Shown here piece after piece: positions 23,451 to 37,544 of a stretch of DNA of 64,000 nt. The stretch is from Octopus vulgaris (Eukaryota). The notes beneath the pieces were generated by a model. It worked only from the letters and a program-made list of their open reading frames with translations, was not told where the DNA came from and did not search any database. The stretch is taken from the NCBI GenBank assembly GCA_951406725.2, contig OX597824.1, positions 37,634,001 through 37,698,000 on the forward strand, read 5' to 3'. Every line of letters begins with the position of its first letter. Positions within the stretch are counted from its first letter, which is position 1. Made by a program: the position numbers and the translations under genes.

Positions 23451-24564
23451 TCAGTGGTCTAAAGATCTTGTAACGAGCGAATGCTTAAAAAAAATCAGAT
23501 GCTTTTAGGGCTTTGAAAATAATGACTCGAGAAACAACTGCCCCGTGAATAATTTGATTAACCAATCAATTAAAGGATCGATTAAGCATACAAACCAACA
23601 AGTATAACGGATTCAGCTCACGGAATCATTTGAAACGTGCGTAAGTGAATAAAACAGCATATGACTAAAAATATTCCTTTTTTATTTATATACTAATATC
23701 CTCCATCATTAATACACCACAAATACTAATTAATGACAAACTTCGGATTTACAATTTATACCTGTCACACGGAGTTAACAACCTACTCGTGTTATTATAA
23801 TCTTGGGCATCCTGTTAGCCGGGTTTTGTTTACAAGGAGAGCTTACTGAAATGTTCGCCCCAAATTATTCAATCCACTTTCCTTCATTAAACACACACAC
23901 ACACACATAATGTAAATTGGCAATTACACCGAATTTCATAGAGTATTATGCATATGCACGTCTAATTCCGACTTTTATTTTGAAGAAAAATTGGCAAGAA
24001 ATAAGACGCTAATATATTACAAGCCAAATGTATAAAATGTTTTAGCTACTCTTAATAGCAACTTCGTCACCACTTACTTACAATATTGTACGTAAATCAG
24101 ACAAATACAAGGAAAAGTAGCCAGACATTTTTAATGGAGAGAGAATCATACGTTTTATGTTTTAAAATAATTATCGCAATGAAAGAAAAATCATAAATTA
24201 TAAATTTGTGTCACTTCAAAAATGTACTTGCTTTCTAGTCTTTGAGAAATTCCAATATCGTATTTTCATAAGCTTCAATCATTCATTAGATAATTCTAGT
24301 TGTGTATTTTCGTTAACCTTTTACATCGCAATGCTGTACTCTTAAAATGTGTTACTTTTAATTCAACAGCAATCCCCTTTGAGCATCTAAACCTAACTGA
24401 GCCCAGGGACTATCACGCTGGCATTACAAACGCTCGTTAAGGCTGCATTGCAAAAGCTCGCCCTTTAAATGAAAATATGAGTTATAATTGGAAATATAGT
24501 TATACATTTAAATTTTTAAAAATGAACTAATATATAATGCATATACTGCGCAGGATACTTTATG

Positions 24565-25160
24565 AAACCATTCCTGGAAGCTACTACGTATATTTAATTG
24601 CTAGAATAGACACAGTGTTTCTTTTGCAACCTTGAAATACTATGAAGTATATTAAAGGTTTACAAGTCAGCATTGTGTATTGCCGTTTGTTAATAGTGTG
24701 ATATTTTCAGTCTTGAGTTTATCTCTATAGATTTTCTATTGAATTCGAAGCCAGCACTACACATTACTACCTTTCGTAAACAAATACGTTTAAGTTAACA
24801 ATACGATCGAAGGTGGAAAACAAGCAATGGCTGTATTTTCATATTTCAACAGTTATTGCCGTTTCATCACCACCTCATCTAACCTATCAACTAGCCACGA
24901 ACACATTGATTAAATACGTACTAAATTTAGTGGTGTAACACTATTGGATAGACGAATTTACATATTAAACACATTCCCAGCAACTTGCACGTATATTTAA
25001 TCGCTAGCAAGGAGACAGTATTTCGTTTTGCAGCCATAATATACTGCCAGGTATATTATAGCTTTACAAGTCAACACAGTGTCTTACAGTGTGTTAGCAA
25101 TGCAATATTTTCACTTTTAAGTTTATCACCATAGATTTTCTTTAGAATTCAGAGCCGAAG
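24565..25160. repeat. Diverged direct repeat of ~190 bp, ~400 bp apart
   Basis: CGTATATTTAAT.GCTAG..TTTACAAGTCA..ATATTTTCA..AGTTTATC..ATAGATTTTCT..GAATTC occurs at 24587-24750 and again at 24990-25157. Confidence 0.8.
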
Positions 25161-26389
25161 TTATTTGATGGATTAGAAGAGATGCTGATGAAAATGCAAT
25201 GATGTTTGAAATATGCATATACACCCATTACATTTTTTTTTATCTTCGATCGCAATTTTCTACATAGACATATTCGTTTACGAAATGTCATAACTTGCTG
25301 TGTCTATAGATTATTAACGGTCATTTGGCGGTAAGCTGCAGTTGAATAAACAGGTAAAGTGTATTGTCGTTATTTTCTTTGCTGCACGTTGTGCTATTTT
25401 GATTTCTTATAATGAATAGCTTCATTGCGATTTGTTACTTTTAGTCAAGCTTAGATTATATATAAAATTTTACTTAAAAATATTGGTTTAAATATATTTT
25501 CTAAATTAAAGTTTATATTCAATAGTTATAGGTCAACATCAATCTATTCCCACGTCGTTGGCGATTAATATCTAATAGTGAAAAATGATATGCCAATCTG
25601 TTCTCTTACATTTAGCTCGATTTATGTTTTCGCGTTTTATGTATATTAATCGCTATTTTCGTTGCGATGTCGATATTTTAGACAATTTCATATATATTTT
25701 ATATGTCCTTTTTGGAAAAATTTCCGTTGAAATATATTTTCTATGATTAAGTTTATATTTAATAGATATTGCTCTGCACTGGTTTATTCCCATGTTACGT
25801 TGCTTAAAGAAGATTGAAGTGATATGTTATTCCACTAGTTTACGCTTGGCTCGTTTAGTTATATTTCCATAATTGAAATATGTGTTACAAATTGTGGGGT
25901 ACTAATGTCTATAGGTTTATATTCTTTAATTAATTTTTATGCTTGTAGTTCTTAGATTGATTATTAATCTATTATTTTCTGTTTTACGCGTTGATAACGA
26001 GTGTTTTTTTATTATGTTCAATAACTTTTGTTCAGTACGTTTACTTCATCAGTTTGTTTAAATTTTCTATGATTCTATATTCGATAATTCTCGGTGACAA
26101 TGTCCATATTATGGATAGGTCTGTATTTTCTTTTTTGCAATTTTTAAAGTTTCTTTGCTTCATAACTATCGGTATATATCTGATGTTTGTATTTGTAACA
26201 ATAAGCAGATATAGAGTAAAGAACATATTGTGGCAATGTTTCACTCCTGCGTCTTGTCTACTAATTCTGAAGCAGAGGCTTTTAACGTTGTTGACACTGC
26301 TGGATTCAATGTTAATGCTCAGATGTCGAAACCATAATGATATCCGTTAGGCAGCTGATGATCGGTACGTCTGATTGCTCACTGTGGTT

Positions 26390-26690
26390 CCACTGGATTT
26401 TTTTATATACCATCCTACGTTGTTTTCCTCTGCTTCGATACAGTCCCGGAAACTGATTAAATTTCTTCCAGCCTTTCTTCTGGACAAGTACAGCCTATCG
26501 TTGTCATTCTCAGGGTAGAAGGCTCCTATTCGATCTTACATTACTCTTAGCGTAGAATTGAGGTTCTTCTATTATTGAATACCGTCATAGCTCTATCGCT
26601 GTTAACTAGTTGAACAACACCGACCATAGAATTCCTATTTTTCTTGCCTTAATAGTAGTTTTCTTCACTCCATTCATTGCTATATCAATC
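26390..26690 (-). pseudogene. Old R4/Dong-clade fragment (thumb region)
   Basis: YPENDNDRLYLSRRKAGRNLISFRDCIEAEENNVGWYIK corresponds to the HPK.D..RLYL.R..GGRGL motif also present in copies 1 and 2. Confidence 0.7.
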
Positions 26691-26739
26691 ATTTATCCTT
26701 GACCAGTAGTAAGGAATGTTATCGTATCATTTAATCTAT

Positions 26740-27058
26740 GTCCCCTTATTGTAATTCCATAATCGCTAGCTTTGCAAGTTTAGTATCGTGTATACCAGTT
26801 TTTAATGCACCTCTATTGTATTTTGAATTGATTATTGATAAGGAGGAGAGTAAAATTTCCTTGTATTATTATTTAGTCATAGGAAAGTGTTTATCTTCAC
26901 GCTACGGTTTCCTTGTTCATGGCGAGGAATATTTCTGTTTTCATTAAATCCACTTTTACACCAGTGCTTCGTTACCCTATTATTAAATATTTCTTCATTT
27001 GCCGATAATTTAGTTATTCGAAGCGAAATATTTCTAACAAGATTATTTATAATAGACA
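26740..27058 (-). pseudogene. Penelope-like RT C-terminal remnant
   Basis: SIINNLVRNISLRITKLSANEEIFN...KSGF resembles the region after the SNHP motif of PLE RTs. Confidence 0.65.
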
Positions 27059-27125
27059 TATACACATACGTTTGTACATATGTTTGCATTACGAGTTCGT
27101 AGAATGAAGTTTAATGCATTTGTGC

Positions 27126-27188
<63 letters not shown>

Positions 27189-27196
27189 TATATATT

Positions 27197-27493
27197 CGAG
27201 CATTGTCAGTGTTTATTGAACGAAAACACCTAAAGCTCTACGAGTCTCCGGCAGGGGGGGGGGCGAACCCTGTTGTACTCTTTCACCACAACTTTCGCTC
27301 ACTCTTTCTTCCTGTTTCGGTTGTACCTGTATTCCAAAGGGCCAGCCTTGTCACACTCTGTGTCACGCTGAATCTCGCTGAGAACATCGTTAAGGGTACA
27401 CGTGTCTGTGGATGCTCAGCCAATTGCGCGTTAATTTCACGAGCTGTTCCATTGATCGGATCAACTGGAACTCTTGTCGTCGTAACCGACGGA
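27197..27493 (+). mobile_element. SINE family C, tail type 2, 5'-truncated
   Basis: Matches the full copy at 38220-38603. Confidence 0.85.
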
Positions 27494-27502
27494 TAGCCAC
27501 GA

Positions 27503-27549
<47 letters not shown>

Positions 27550-27680
27550 GTAGGAGAATGAATTATCCTATGTTTATCGTCAGCATGGAAAATTCGTTTA
27601 ACCGAAACCTGGGTAGAAAATTCACGTCGAGAGTAAAGGAATTTTGTTAACATCTTCGTTCGACTCCATTCTTTCATTTA

Positions 27681-27759
<79 letters not shown>

Positions 27760-28913
27760 ACTAGTATATGTGTATATGTGTGTATATATGCATATATGAG
27801 TGTATATATATATCTGTATATGCATATATAAACAGATGCACACACATGTGTATGTATGCATTGATCCGACTACAAGTGAAGTTGAATCGTAATTATCGGT
27901 TAGTTGTCAAATGTAAACAAAAAGGATTGTTTTGCTATGAGATTGGAAATCTTATAGATATCGTTTTGTCTGTCCATTAACGCAGACACAATGGCGACTT
28001 CCTTTTCTACTATGATAGAGATAAATTCTCTAGTAGTTGCTCTTCAGTATTTAAGTATTTATTGACACATTTTAACACGGTAGTTATGTTCGTCGAAATC
28101 CTAATATTGTTCGATGTCCACTATAAATCTTAATAGTTATTTACGTTTATTAGTTAGTCTCTGTAGATTTTATAATGTAATCCATTTATGCTTTTCCTTA
28201 TATGAAAGATATTATTGTTAATGAACTTGGGTAAGGATGTTCTTTGTGACCTTTCTAGTTATAAAAACCACGGAAAAGAAATTTGAATTTATAAAAGTTT
28301 TCCGTAAGTTTTCTCTTTCAAAGTAACAAAATTATCTTTACAGCTGTAATTTACTTTTAGGTTAGATCTGTCAAACATTTTGTAGAACTTATGGCTGGTG
28401 GGGAAGTATTTCCTGACTAAATGTTTGGCATTATTACATCAATCAATCTATGCGAAGGAATGTATTCGATCGAAGTTGTTTCGGTTTAGAGCTTTGTAAA
28501 ATACAGCAGCACAGGTAAACACTTCTTTTCAGAAGATATTCAGGAAATATGATTTCTAATATTTCTGGGTAAAATTGTCAGTATAGATGATAGGTTATTG
28601 TAAACTTTATGAATATAACTTATAATTTTCTTTGTTCTTTTCTATAAGGGATGTGAATGAGGGAGTTAAATTAAGAGTATTGTTTACGAAACTGACTACG
28701 TTATGATAAGGGGTTAGTTTTAAGATAACGCTTATACATACACACAGGGACGCACATCCATCCATCCATCCATCCATCCATCCATCCATCCATCCATCCA
28801 TCCATCCATCCATCATCCATCCATACATACATACATACGCGCGCACACAAACACACACACACACCGAATCAAAGGGACTTGAAACAACACCGAGGAAATC
28901 ATATAGAGTGTTT

Positions 28914-29325
28914 GGATCTTTTCGGTTTGAACGGCAGTTTTTAACATTATTTCTAGGTAACTAAACACTTTTAAACTTCGTATACTGGTAGAATGTGTTT
29001 ATAAAACATCTTTTTCTCTTGGCTTTATTGAGAAAATTCTATAGTTTGTAAGATATTTGTTGTTTTTTCTTCAATTTCTGCAATTTCAACCAATCAATGA
29101 CGTCCATTGAGGTAAAACATTCTGTGCCGTATGAATATGTCCCTAGTTTAAGAAACAGATTGGGTTTATTTACATTTGTGAAGAAAAAAGATACCCTTCC
29201 CCCCACCCCTAACCCTAACCCTAAAACTGATTGAAATGCAATAGATCGATACTAGGGTCATAATTATGGGTGACAATTTCATATGACACCGCTAGAAAAA
29301 ACTGCCGTTCAAACCGAAAAGATCC
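28914..29325. mobile_element. MITE / non-autonomous DNA transposon with 29-bp TIRs and an 8-bp TSD
   Basis: TIR GGATCTTTTCGGTTTGAACGGCAGTTTTT at both ends, flanks GAGTGTTT / GAGTGTTC, and an internal (CCCTAA)3 at 29207-29224. Confidence 0.88.
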
Positions 29326-30859
29326 GAGTGTTCTACCACTTCAGTAATATAAATAATTTTAGTTGCGGAGTGCAAAAATATATCATAGCACTGATGCAAC
29401 AAAATTATTAGCGTTGGAAATGTGTGCGTTAAAACAGGATGATTGTGATCATTTTAGAAATGGAATCAGATAACGAAATACAATTAAATAATTCGTCAGT
29501 GTAGTCATTAGTATGACTAGGAGAAATAAAATAGACGTAGATGTACATGATAAGGGGCAGTTTAATACTGTATGAGTTAGGCTCCTCCATGCCTCCTTGA
29601 CTCCGAGGTATTTTTGTGATGTTGAATTAGATATCAGAACAGTAATCAGCAATACGATTAAGCTGGATTTTGTGTGGGGCTACTGTTCTGATTTATGCAG
29701 AGATTTTCAATTATATTAACTTGAAAGTAGACATGCAATGTTGTGCCCGAAATCATTTCTGCAATTAAATGGCGTGAGAGTAAAGGATTACAATCCAGTT
29801 CGGTTTATTGTGAGTTTTACAGACAAATGAATGTGTGTGTGTGTAGAATCACGCACTATTAGGACAACAAAAGGATAAATAAATCCTTCAGGAGATTCCT
29901 TGTGCTGATGATGAAGACAGTTACACCTTGGCTGGATTGAAATCATTAGTTTTAATAATGACGCTTTTGTAAGTTGATAGAACTCTCTCTATTCTCTATA
30001 ATAAATCTGGATTGATGATAGGACGGCGTGGTTACAGATGCGTGTATCTATTTTAGAAAGAATTATTGAATTCGTCAAATTTCTCTAAGCAAACAAAGTA
30101 TTTGACAATGTTTTTCAAATGTGAATCTAAAACAGATTCTTTTAAGGCAAATTTCGAAAGAAATAGATATATGAAAAAGAGACGAAGCGGAAAATAAAAC
30201 AAAGAAGAATGTCAGTGGAGCCAAAGAAAACTGTACAAGATATATCTCGGTTATTAAATTTGCTATACTGAGCTGAAAGATAATGAACAGAATTTCAATT
30301 AGTTTTTTCTAATCTGTATCCAAGCTGTCAATATCCTTTAACCCAAGAAACTCTCTTTCTCTCTCTCCTCCACACCTACTCATACTCATACATACATACA
30401 TACATACATACATACATACATACATACATACATACATACATACATGCATACGTACATACATACACAATTTCTCTATCCCTGTACAAACTCTAATTTACAC
30501 AAACACACACACACACATTGACACAAGGATTCATTGGTATTATCCAAACCATACTTAAAGAAACAGTGAAGAAGAAATATTGTCAATCCAGACAAAAAGC
30601 ATTCACAATTCTATAGTGTTCATCCCAAGGTGTTAAAACTGATCCACTGGATCGACTCGAGCTTAGATTCTCAATCATTGCTTTAACCGTGACAAGATAA
30701 CGTAATATTAAAGAATGACAAAACGTAATCAGTATATTTTATATAGTTTTGTAAGTGTTATGCATAACCAGGATATTTAACTTGCAAATGGTCGTGTTCA
30801 CTTAGTGTGTAAATAGATACTTTATTGTAGGAAACTTCATTAATGAAGAGAACAACTCG

Positions 30860-31640
30860 GTGGCACTTGAACAGAATAGGGCTTCTCTCACCCATGTAGA
30901 TTGTTCTTTTAAATTTTAACTGAGTACATCTAAGAATGGAGTCTCATATCAACAATGAACATTACTCTCAACATTTGTACCCTGTTAACATCTGTCAAGA
31001 CGATTCTTGCTGGGTTAGTTCACCTTGTAGATATTATTGGCAGATAGTTCATACCACTGTAAAAATGCGGGATACTATGTATTTAACGAGTGCTACGTAG
31101 CTTACAACGTCTTCCTGGCGGAATCACTCGCTGTCTTATGTTCATCACTCTGTGAAACGGTGCTGGAAGTGAATGAATTTCATTAAATAAAGTGAGTTAC
31201 TGAAGGATATATTATTTAGTTGGAAATCAGGCGACTCTTTATTCAATTAAATTGAAAATAATTGTATATTTTAACTGTTCCGCCAATCTGTTATATTAAG
31301 AAAAATGTTCATTTTATTTTATTTCCTGGAGGGTGTCATTGTAGATAAATATCTGTTTCTGTAGACGAGTTATTAAATGAACATCTGGGAATTGTTAACG
31401 ATTGGCTACTGCTCCGGTGAGTCTATTTTTAACACTACCTCTTTATTAGTGAAATATCAGATCGGCTTTGGATGTATGTCCTCTATATTTAAATTCACCC
31501 TATGTCTAAGGCTACATATGTAGATGTTCTATGTATAGACGTTTGATGATAAAATCAAATATGATAAGCATTGTAAGTAAGAATCTAAACTTAATCAGCC
31601 TGTAACTGCGGCAATATTTGCATCAAATGAAAACAGATAT
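30860..31640 (-). pseudogene. Very decayed RTE-like LINE RT remnant
   Basis: Faint ordered motifs on the minus strand: LIIFDFIIKR, DL.F....VL..DSPEQ and LT....LDRC...MLRV. Confidence 0.4.
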
Positions 31641-32647
31641 TTTCCTAGTTTCTATTTAAGATGTATGTAAGATATACATCGTTTGGTCAATAGTTTTCGA
31701 TAACCGTACATACTTTATTTTAGAATCTAATGATAAACACACTTGAGAAATCCTTAGATATATTATTGTACATTCGGAATTCATCCTCAAATGACTGCCA
31801 TTTCGATATTTGTTGCGATTGTTTTATACACCTAATAATTAAATCAGTTGAAACTTGCAGTTATGCAGATAACAGCTCTGTAGTCAAGGGAACATAACTC
31901 TTCTAGGTCTTCAGTATCTAAGAACGGAAGATATAAATTACACGATAAATCAATGAAACAAGCATAAAACATTAGACAAATAAGTGGGATAAATAAATCC
32001 TCAGACTAACACTACTGTCTACAATATCACTACAGAAGACAAATAAGCCATCGGAGTATCGCTACTGTCACGGGAGTTGTTTCGAACAGGAATCGATACA
32101 GTCGCAGATTTAGCTCGTCTAATGATTACTAATTCCTTATAATACATGATATCACCCAACTGTAATGTAAATTAATTTCTTATTTTTGTCCCGAATCTCT
32201 GGGCCGTAAATTTATTATAGAGGCGAATGAAGGCGTTGATTAAATGAACCGACTTCAACTTCGTTCGATATACAGCACTGCATTATTTAAGCATTAATTT
32301 CTTACATTAATTTCATATATTGTCGACGGGATGAATAATTCATCGGAAACACACCAAATGGTTAACAAGTGGAACTTATATTATCGAATCGATAGCTTGA
32401 AAATCAAAGCTAAAATTTTAATTTATAACACAACAAAACAAACGGCTCAAAACGACTTTAGTCTACCATTGGTAGCGATTATGCGATTTCATTGCAATCA
32501 TTGCCTAAAACGACTTCGATTTTATGAGTTTAGATACAGAGGGAAGAGTGTATAGTTGGATAATTACCATAGTGCAGTATTCTGGATCCCTCCAAAAGAT
32601 AAATTTGAATTCTGAATATTAGGAAGTAAAACTAAATATTATACTAA

Positions 32648-32812
32648 ATAAAATATAAAATGGGACAAGAACGCAAAACATCCGGACAACTAGGTGATAC
32701 AAAAAGGGACAACAAAACATCTAGATATCGTCTATCTGGATGTTTTGTTGTCCCTTTTTGTATCACCTAGTTGTCCGGATGTTTTGTGTTCTTGACCCGT
32801 TTTGTATTTTAT
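32648..32812. repeat. Long hairpin, ~80-bp arms with a 5-nt loop
   Basis: 32648-32727 is the reverse complement of 32733-32812 with a few mismatches. Confidence 0.95.
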
Positions 32813-32825
32813 AATAAATATATAT

Positions 32826-33098
32826 ATATTGTTGCATTTCGGAACGGTCATTTTGCCAGTTTAGCCAATAAAAACACACGCACTATATATTTGGTGTTAC
32901 TTTGCTTCAGTGTTATTTATTTTTTGCATTAAACTTAATCTTATATCGGTCAGAGTGTGACGAAAGAACTCTGACCGAAATAAGATTAAGTTTAATGCAA
33001 AAAATAAATAACACTGAAGCAAAGTAGCACCAAATATATAGTGCGTGTGTTTTTATTGGCTAAACTGGCAAAATGACCATTCCAAAATACAACAATAT
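32826..33098. repeat. Long hairpin, ~130-bp arms with an 11-nt loop
   Basis: 32826-32956 is the reverse complement of 32968-33098 with a few mismatches; the loop is GTGACGAAAGA. Confidence 0.95.
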
Positions 33099-33152
33099 CT
33101 GTTTCAACACACGATTTCACATAAAAAATCTTGCACAACAAATATATAAACG

Positions 33153-33220
<68 letters not shown>

Positions 33221-34182
33221 CGACGTACGTACACTTTGTTCTCTTAAATATTATACTATTTCTTTTGCGAAGCAGAAGACCAAATTATTTTCTTGTGCTA
33301 AAGAAAGATAGAGGCGACTGAACCTATTTCGTGATAAACACAGCGGTGAAGCCGATTCGAAATTCATCCATTTTATAGAACGTGGAGAAATGAAAATCTT
33401 TAAATGTATATTCTGAGTCGAAATAATGCTTATTTCAAGTCAGAATTTACATGAATTAATTTAAATACTATAAGACTTTTAATGCAAAGCATTTAGTGCA
33501 GTGCTTTAGCGTTTCTGCTATTCTACCTCTGTATCCAGTTAAATAAATATTATGAAAATATCTACCCAGGATATAATCCGCTTGTAATGTTAGATTGATT
33601 GTCACCAAAGTAGCAGTTCATCGATGTTAATTATTTCCCAGCTTTCGTTTAGAATATCTCCACGTAATCTTCAATTACATGCTTGGCTGAAGAATTTAGA
33701 TCTACTCGTCCAGACTTCATTAATAATTACTGAGAAATAGAATAGTAAGAAACACAAGTTGACGATCTCTTATCTCACTTGACATAAGTTCGTATCTCAC
33801 TCCAGCTGTTAGACTCTTAAGTAAAACAATAGATTCTTCTACAGATGTATATAAAAGAAAATAATCAACAATGGTAGAGATGACGTAGGAAGTTGATAAT
33901 AGAAGCAAGTGTTTTGTGATTCGCTTCTGAATATATTTCCTTAATTTCCCTCTCTTTGTCTTTGTCTGTTTCTCTCTGTCTCTGTCTCAGTCTGTCTGTC
34001 TGTATGTCTCTCTCTCTCTCTCTGTTTCTCCATCTCCCCTCCTCTATCTATATAGACATTTATACTTTATGAAATTATTAATTGCTGATAATATATTGAA
34101 AATACGGACAAAATACAAGATTAACTGAACAAGCACATACATACATATACACATACACACACACACACACATACGTATATAT

Positions 34183-34306
34183 ATCACCATGATCACCGTG
34201 ACCGACCAGACTATCAGATGTTGCTACACATCGTTGGTCACAATGCGCTTCGTATTGTTTCAGCCTTCAAATGACGCCACCCCGCTGGCTATGCGAGCAG
34301 GCCAAC
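34183..34306 (-). mobile_element. SINE family C tail type 3 (tail only)
   Basis: Matches 37368-37484 (GCCAGCG.GGTGGCGTCATTTGAAGGCT..GGTCGGTCACGGTGAT). Confidence 0.75.
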
Positions 34307-35325
34307 GTATATATATATACACACACACACACACACAAACAGAAGGAATTTAGTTAACGTAGATTCAGTTCAGTACCACACATCTGAGAAAGGAAGAACA
34401 AAGATGCACGAATTCTGGCTCTTTTCGATTTGCGATTTTCCTGAGATGCTTTTCCACTTACACTGCTAAAGGTTTAAGACATAATGAGATTATATCCTAT
34501 CGAAATAAACTGTTAATAAAGATGGTGTAGTCAACAAGAGGGAATATTTAACGCTGTACAGCTTTTCTGAGTTCATCACATTGTGTCCACACCAGGGCTG
34601 CACTAACCATTACGTCTAGTTATTCAATTTCAGATAAAGAGACAGAGATGATAGAGGGACGAACTGAATGCTTTGTGGTATTTATTAATATTTATTTACA
34701 TTCTACAGGCAAATCTCAATGCAGCCAACTTTTCCTTTCAACTTTCCAGGTTTGATAAAACAAGTCGTTGTAGTTCAGCAATGAAGGAGTCTTTTTAACA
34801 TTTTAGAGCTGATAAAATAGGCAACAAATAAATACTGGGATTAATCTCTCTATCTCTATAGTTTTGGCGATTTAAAAGGCTCGAGTTCCAACCAAAATTC
34901 CTTCTAATATTTGGGTTCAAATCTAATATTTATGAGTTCAAATCTTGCTGGCATTACAGTATCTTTCGACTTTCTGGGTTCAAAAAAAATAAATTCCTAT
35001 ATTTTAAAGTAAATTCAATTGACAACATTCTTGCATTATATCGGTATATAAAAAGCTATTAATTTCGCAACTGTTTAAGGTGACAATCAAATCACAGTAG
35101 AAAAGGCTAAAATTCCTGATGTATCAATCTACTAATATCTTCTTATATTGTTACACTTACGCACACTTTATATATATATATAAAATAGGTGACAATTATA
35201 GATAAATTCCTCTATTTACATAGTATCGAGGTCTCATTCATTCTTTTGTTGTCATATTATTATTAGTAACACACACACACACACACACACATACACACAC
35301 ATATATATTATGTATATATATTACC

Positions 35326-35616
35326 CGCCCTTTTCAAGCTTAGCTGGCTCATGCGCCCGGTTTCCCGGTTTCTATGGCGTATGTGTCCCCCCCCCCCAGC
35401 TGGACGGGACGCCAGCCCATCGCAGCGTTACTCAAGAAACAGGAAAGTTGGGGCGAAAGAGTACAACAGGGATCGCCACCTCCCACTGCCGGAGCCTCGT
35501 GGAATTTCTAGGTGTTTTCGTTCAATAAGCACACACAACGCTCGGTGTGGGAATCGAAACCGTGATCCTCCGACCGCGAGTCCGCTGCCCTAACCACTGG
35601 GCCATTGCGCCTCCAC
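35326..35616 (-). mobile_element. SINE family C, tail type 1
   Basis: Reverse-complement match to 15490-15784. Confidence 0.85.
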
Positions 35617-35632
35617 AATATATATATATATA

Positions 35633-36604
35633 TATAATAACATAAATAATATATAAATATATGCATATATACATACATATATGTACATACCTACATCTAT
35701 ATGTATATATAAATGCATATATGGGTACAGGACACACACAAAAAAAGAAAACGTTGAATACAATGAGAAACGAAAACATAAAAACGAACTTTTTTTTCAA
35801 ACAACGAAAAAACAGAGTACAAGATATACAACACCAGGAATATTCCCCTTCTTCAGTTGTCCCTGTTTCGTCTACTCCGTGTTCAGAAGGTAAGGACAAG
35901 ACGCGACTTCGTTGAAACAGTCCTTCCCGCAAAGCAAATTAAATAAAATTTGGGATTTTTTGCGGAGGGGTAAAAGTGGTAACAAGAACAGGACAGTAAA
36001 AACAAAACAAGACAGTAAAAACAATACAAATAAAGACAGTAAAAGACAGGACAAGGAGAATAACACAGTAAAAACAAACGATGAGAGTTGTTAAGCCAAG
36101 ACGATGGAAAAATTATTTTGAACGCATTGAGGATACAGCTTTTGAGAAGGACAGGATAAGCCGTCTTGACTCGTTGAAGATAGCAGTCGGAAAGATGGCT
36201 ACCCTCTGGTCACTTGTCAGTGACGAGAGGGAGGGGGAGGAGTAGTAAGAGAGAAGGAACGGTGAACAGCAGAAGGAGAAGAATAAGGAAGGGTGGAAGA
36301 GAAAACCAGAAAGGATGAAGAACAAGAGAGGCAGAGAGACAGACAGAGGAGAATTAGTAAAAGTTAAGAGTGCGCATCATAATTATTAAGATAAAACTTA
36401 CTTGGAAATGGATGCTTGGCGTTCGATCATATAATAACATAAATAATATATAAACATATGCATATATACATACATATATGTACATATCTACATCTATATG
36501 TACATATACATGCATGTATGGGTACAGGACACCCCCAAAAAAGCGTTGAACACAATGAGAAACGAAAACATAAAAACGAAAAACATGGAAACGAAGATTT
36601 TTTT

Positions 36605-36605
<1 letters not shown>
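35633..36605. mobile_element. ~1-kb element with ~165-bp terminal direct repeats inserted in (TA)n; possibly Penelope-derived
   Basis: ATAACATAAATAATATATAAA..GGGTACAGGACAC..CAATGAGAAACGAAAACATAAAAACGAA occurs at 35636-35790 and 36434-36582. There is (TA)n on both sides and no TG..CA LTR ends. Confidence 0.55.
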
Positions 36606-36651
<46 letters not shown>

Positions 36652-37058
36652 TACTCTTTAACAAAATAATGTTGGCAGTGACTCAAATTTTGACCACCCA
36701 AAACCCATTATCGGACTGTAAAGCATTTAAGTTCATCTTGCCATTTTATAGGCTCTGTTAAGATAGAATTTTCTAGGGTAACGTGAGTTCTGTTGAGTGA
36801 TAATTAGGTTGAACGGTAGGTTGTGATGGCAATATGGTATGGAGGATTTTTGTTGATTAAATTTTGGGAAGCACTAATGGTTAGAGTTTATTCATGCATG
36901 TATTTAGGTATTTTTAGATATGTCCGATTCAGATCATAAGTGTTCACAAAAGAACGTAGTTAGGTTGTTGGTCAGCAAATCTATCACTCGAGCTGTTTGT
37001 TACTGATTTTATTCAGATATTAATAAAATATTTATTATAAAAGGTTTGTATGTGTGTG

Positions 37059-37172
<114 letters not shown>

Positions 37173-37186
37173 CATACATATACATA

Positions 37187-37479
37187 CAATGACCTAGTGG
37201 TTAGGGAAGCGGACACGCGGTTGTAGGATCACGATTTCGATTCCCAGACCGGGCGTTGTGAGTGTTTATTGAGCGAAAACACCTAAAGCTCCACGAGGCT
37301 CTAGCAGTGGTTGGTGGCGATCCTTGCTGTATTCTTTCGCAACAACTTTCTCTCACTCTTTCTTCTGTTGATCTGCTTGGTTAGCCAGCGTGGTGGCGTC
37401 ATTTGAAGGCTAAAGCAATGCGAAGCGCATTGTGATTAGCGATGTGCAGCAATATCTGGTCGGTCACGGTGATATCAAG

Positions 37480-37484
<5 letters not shown>
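37187..37484 (+). mobile_element. SINE family C, tail type 3
   Basis: Same head and body as 15490 up to CTTTCTTCTGTT, then a different tail. Confidence 0.85.
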
Positions 37485-37523
<39 letters not shown>

Positions 37524-37544
37524 TATCGAGAAAGGTGGAACACT

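Noticed and set aside
29207-29224. Telomere or chromosome end
   Set aside because: Only three units, internal to a MITE.
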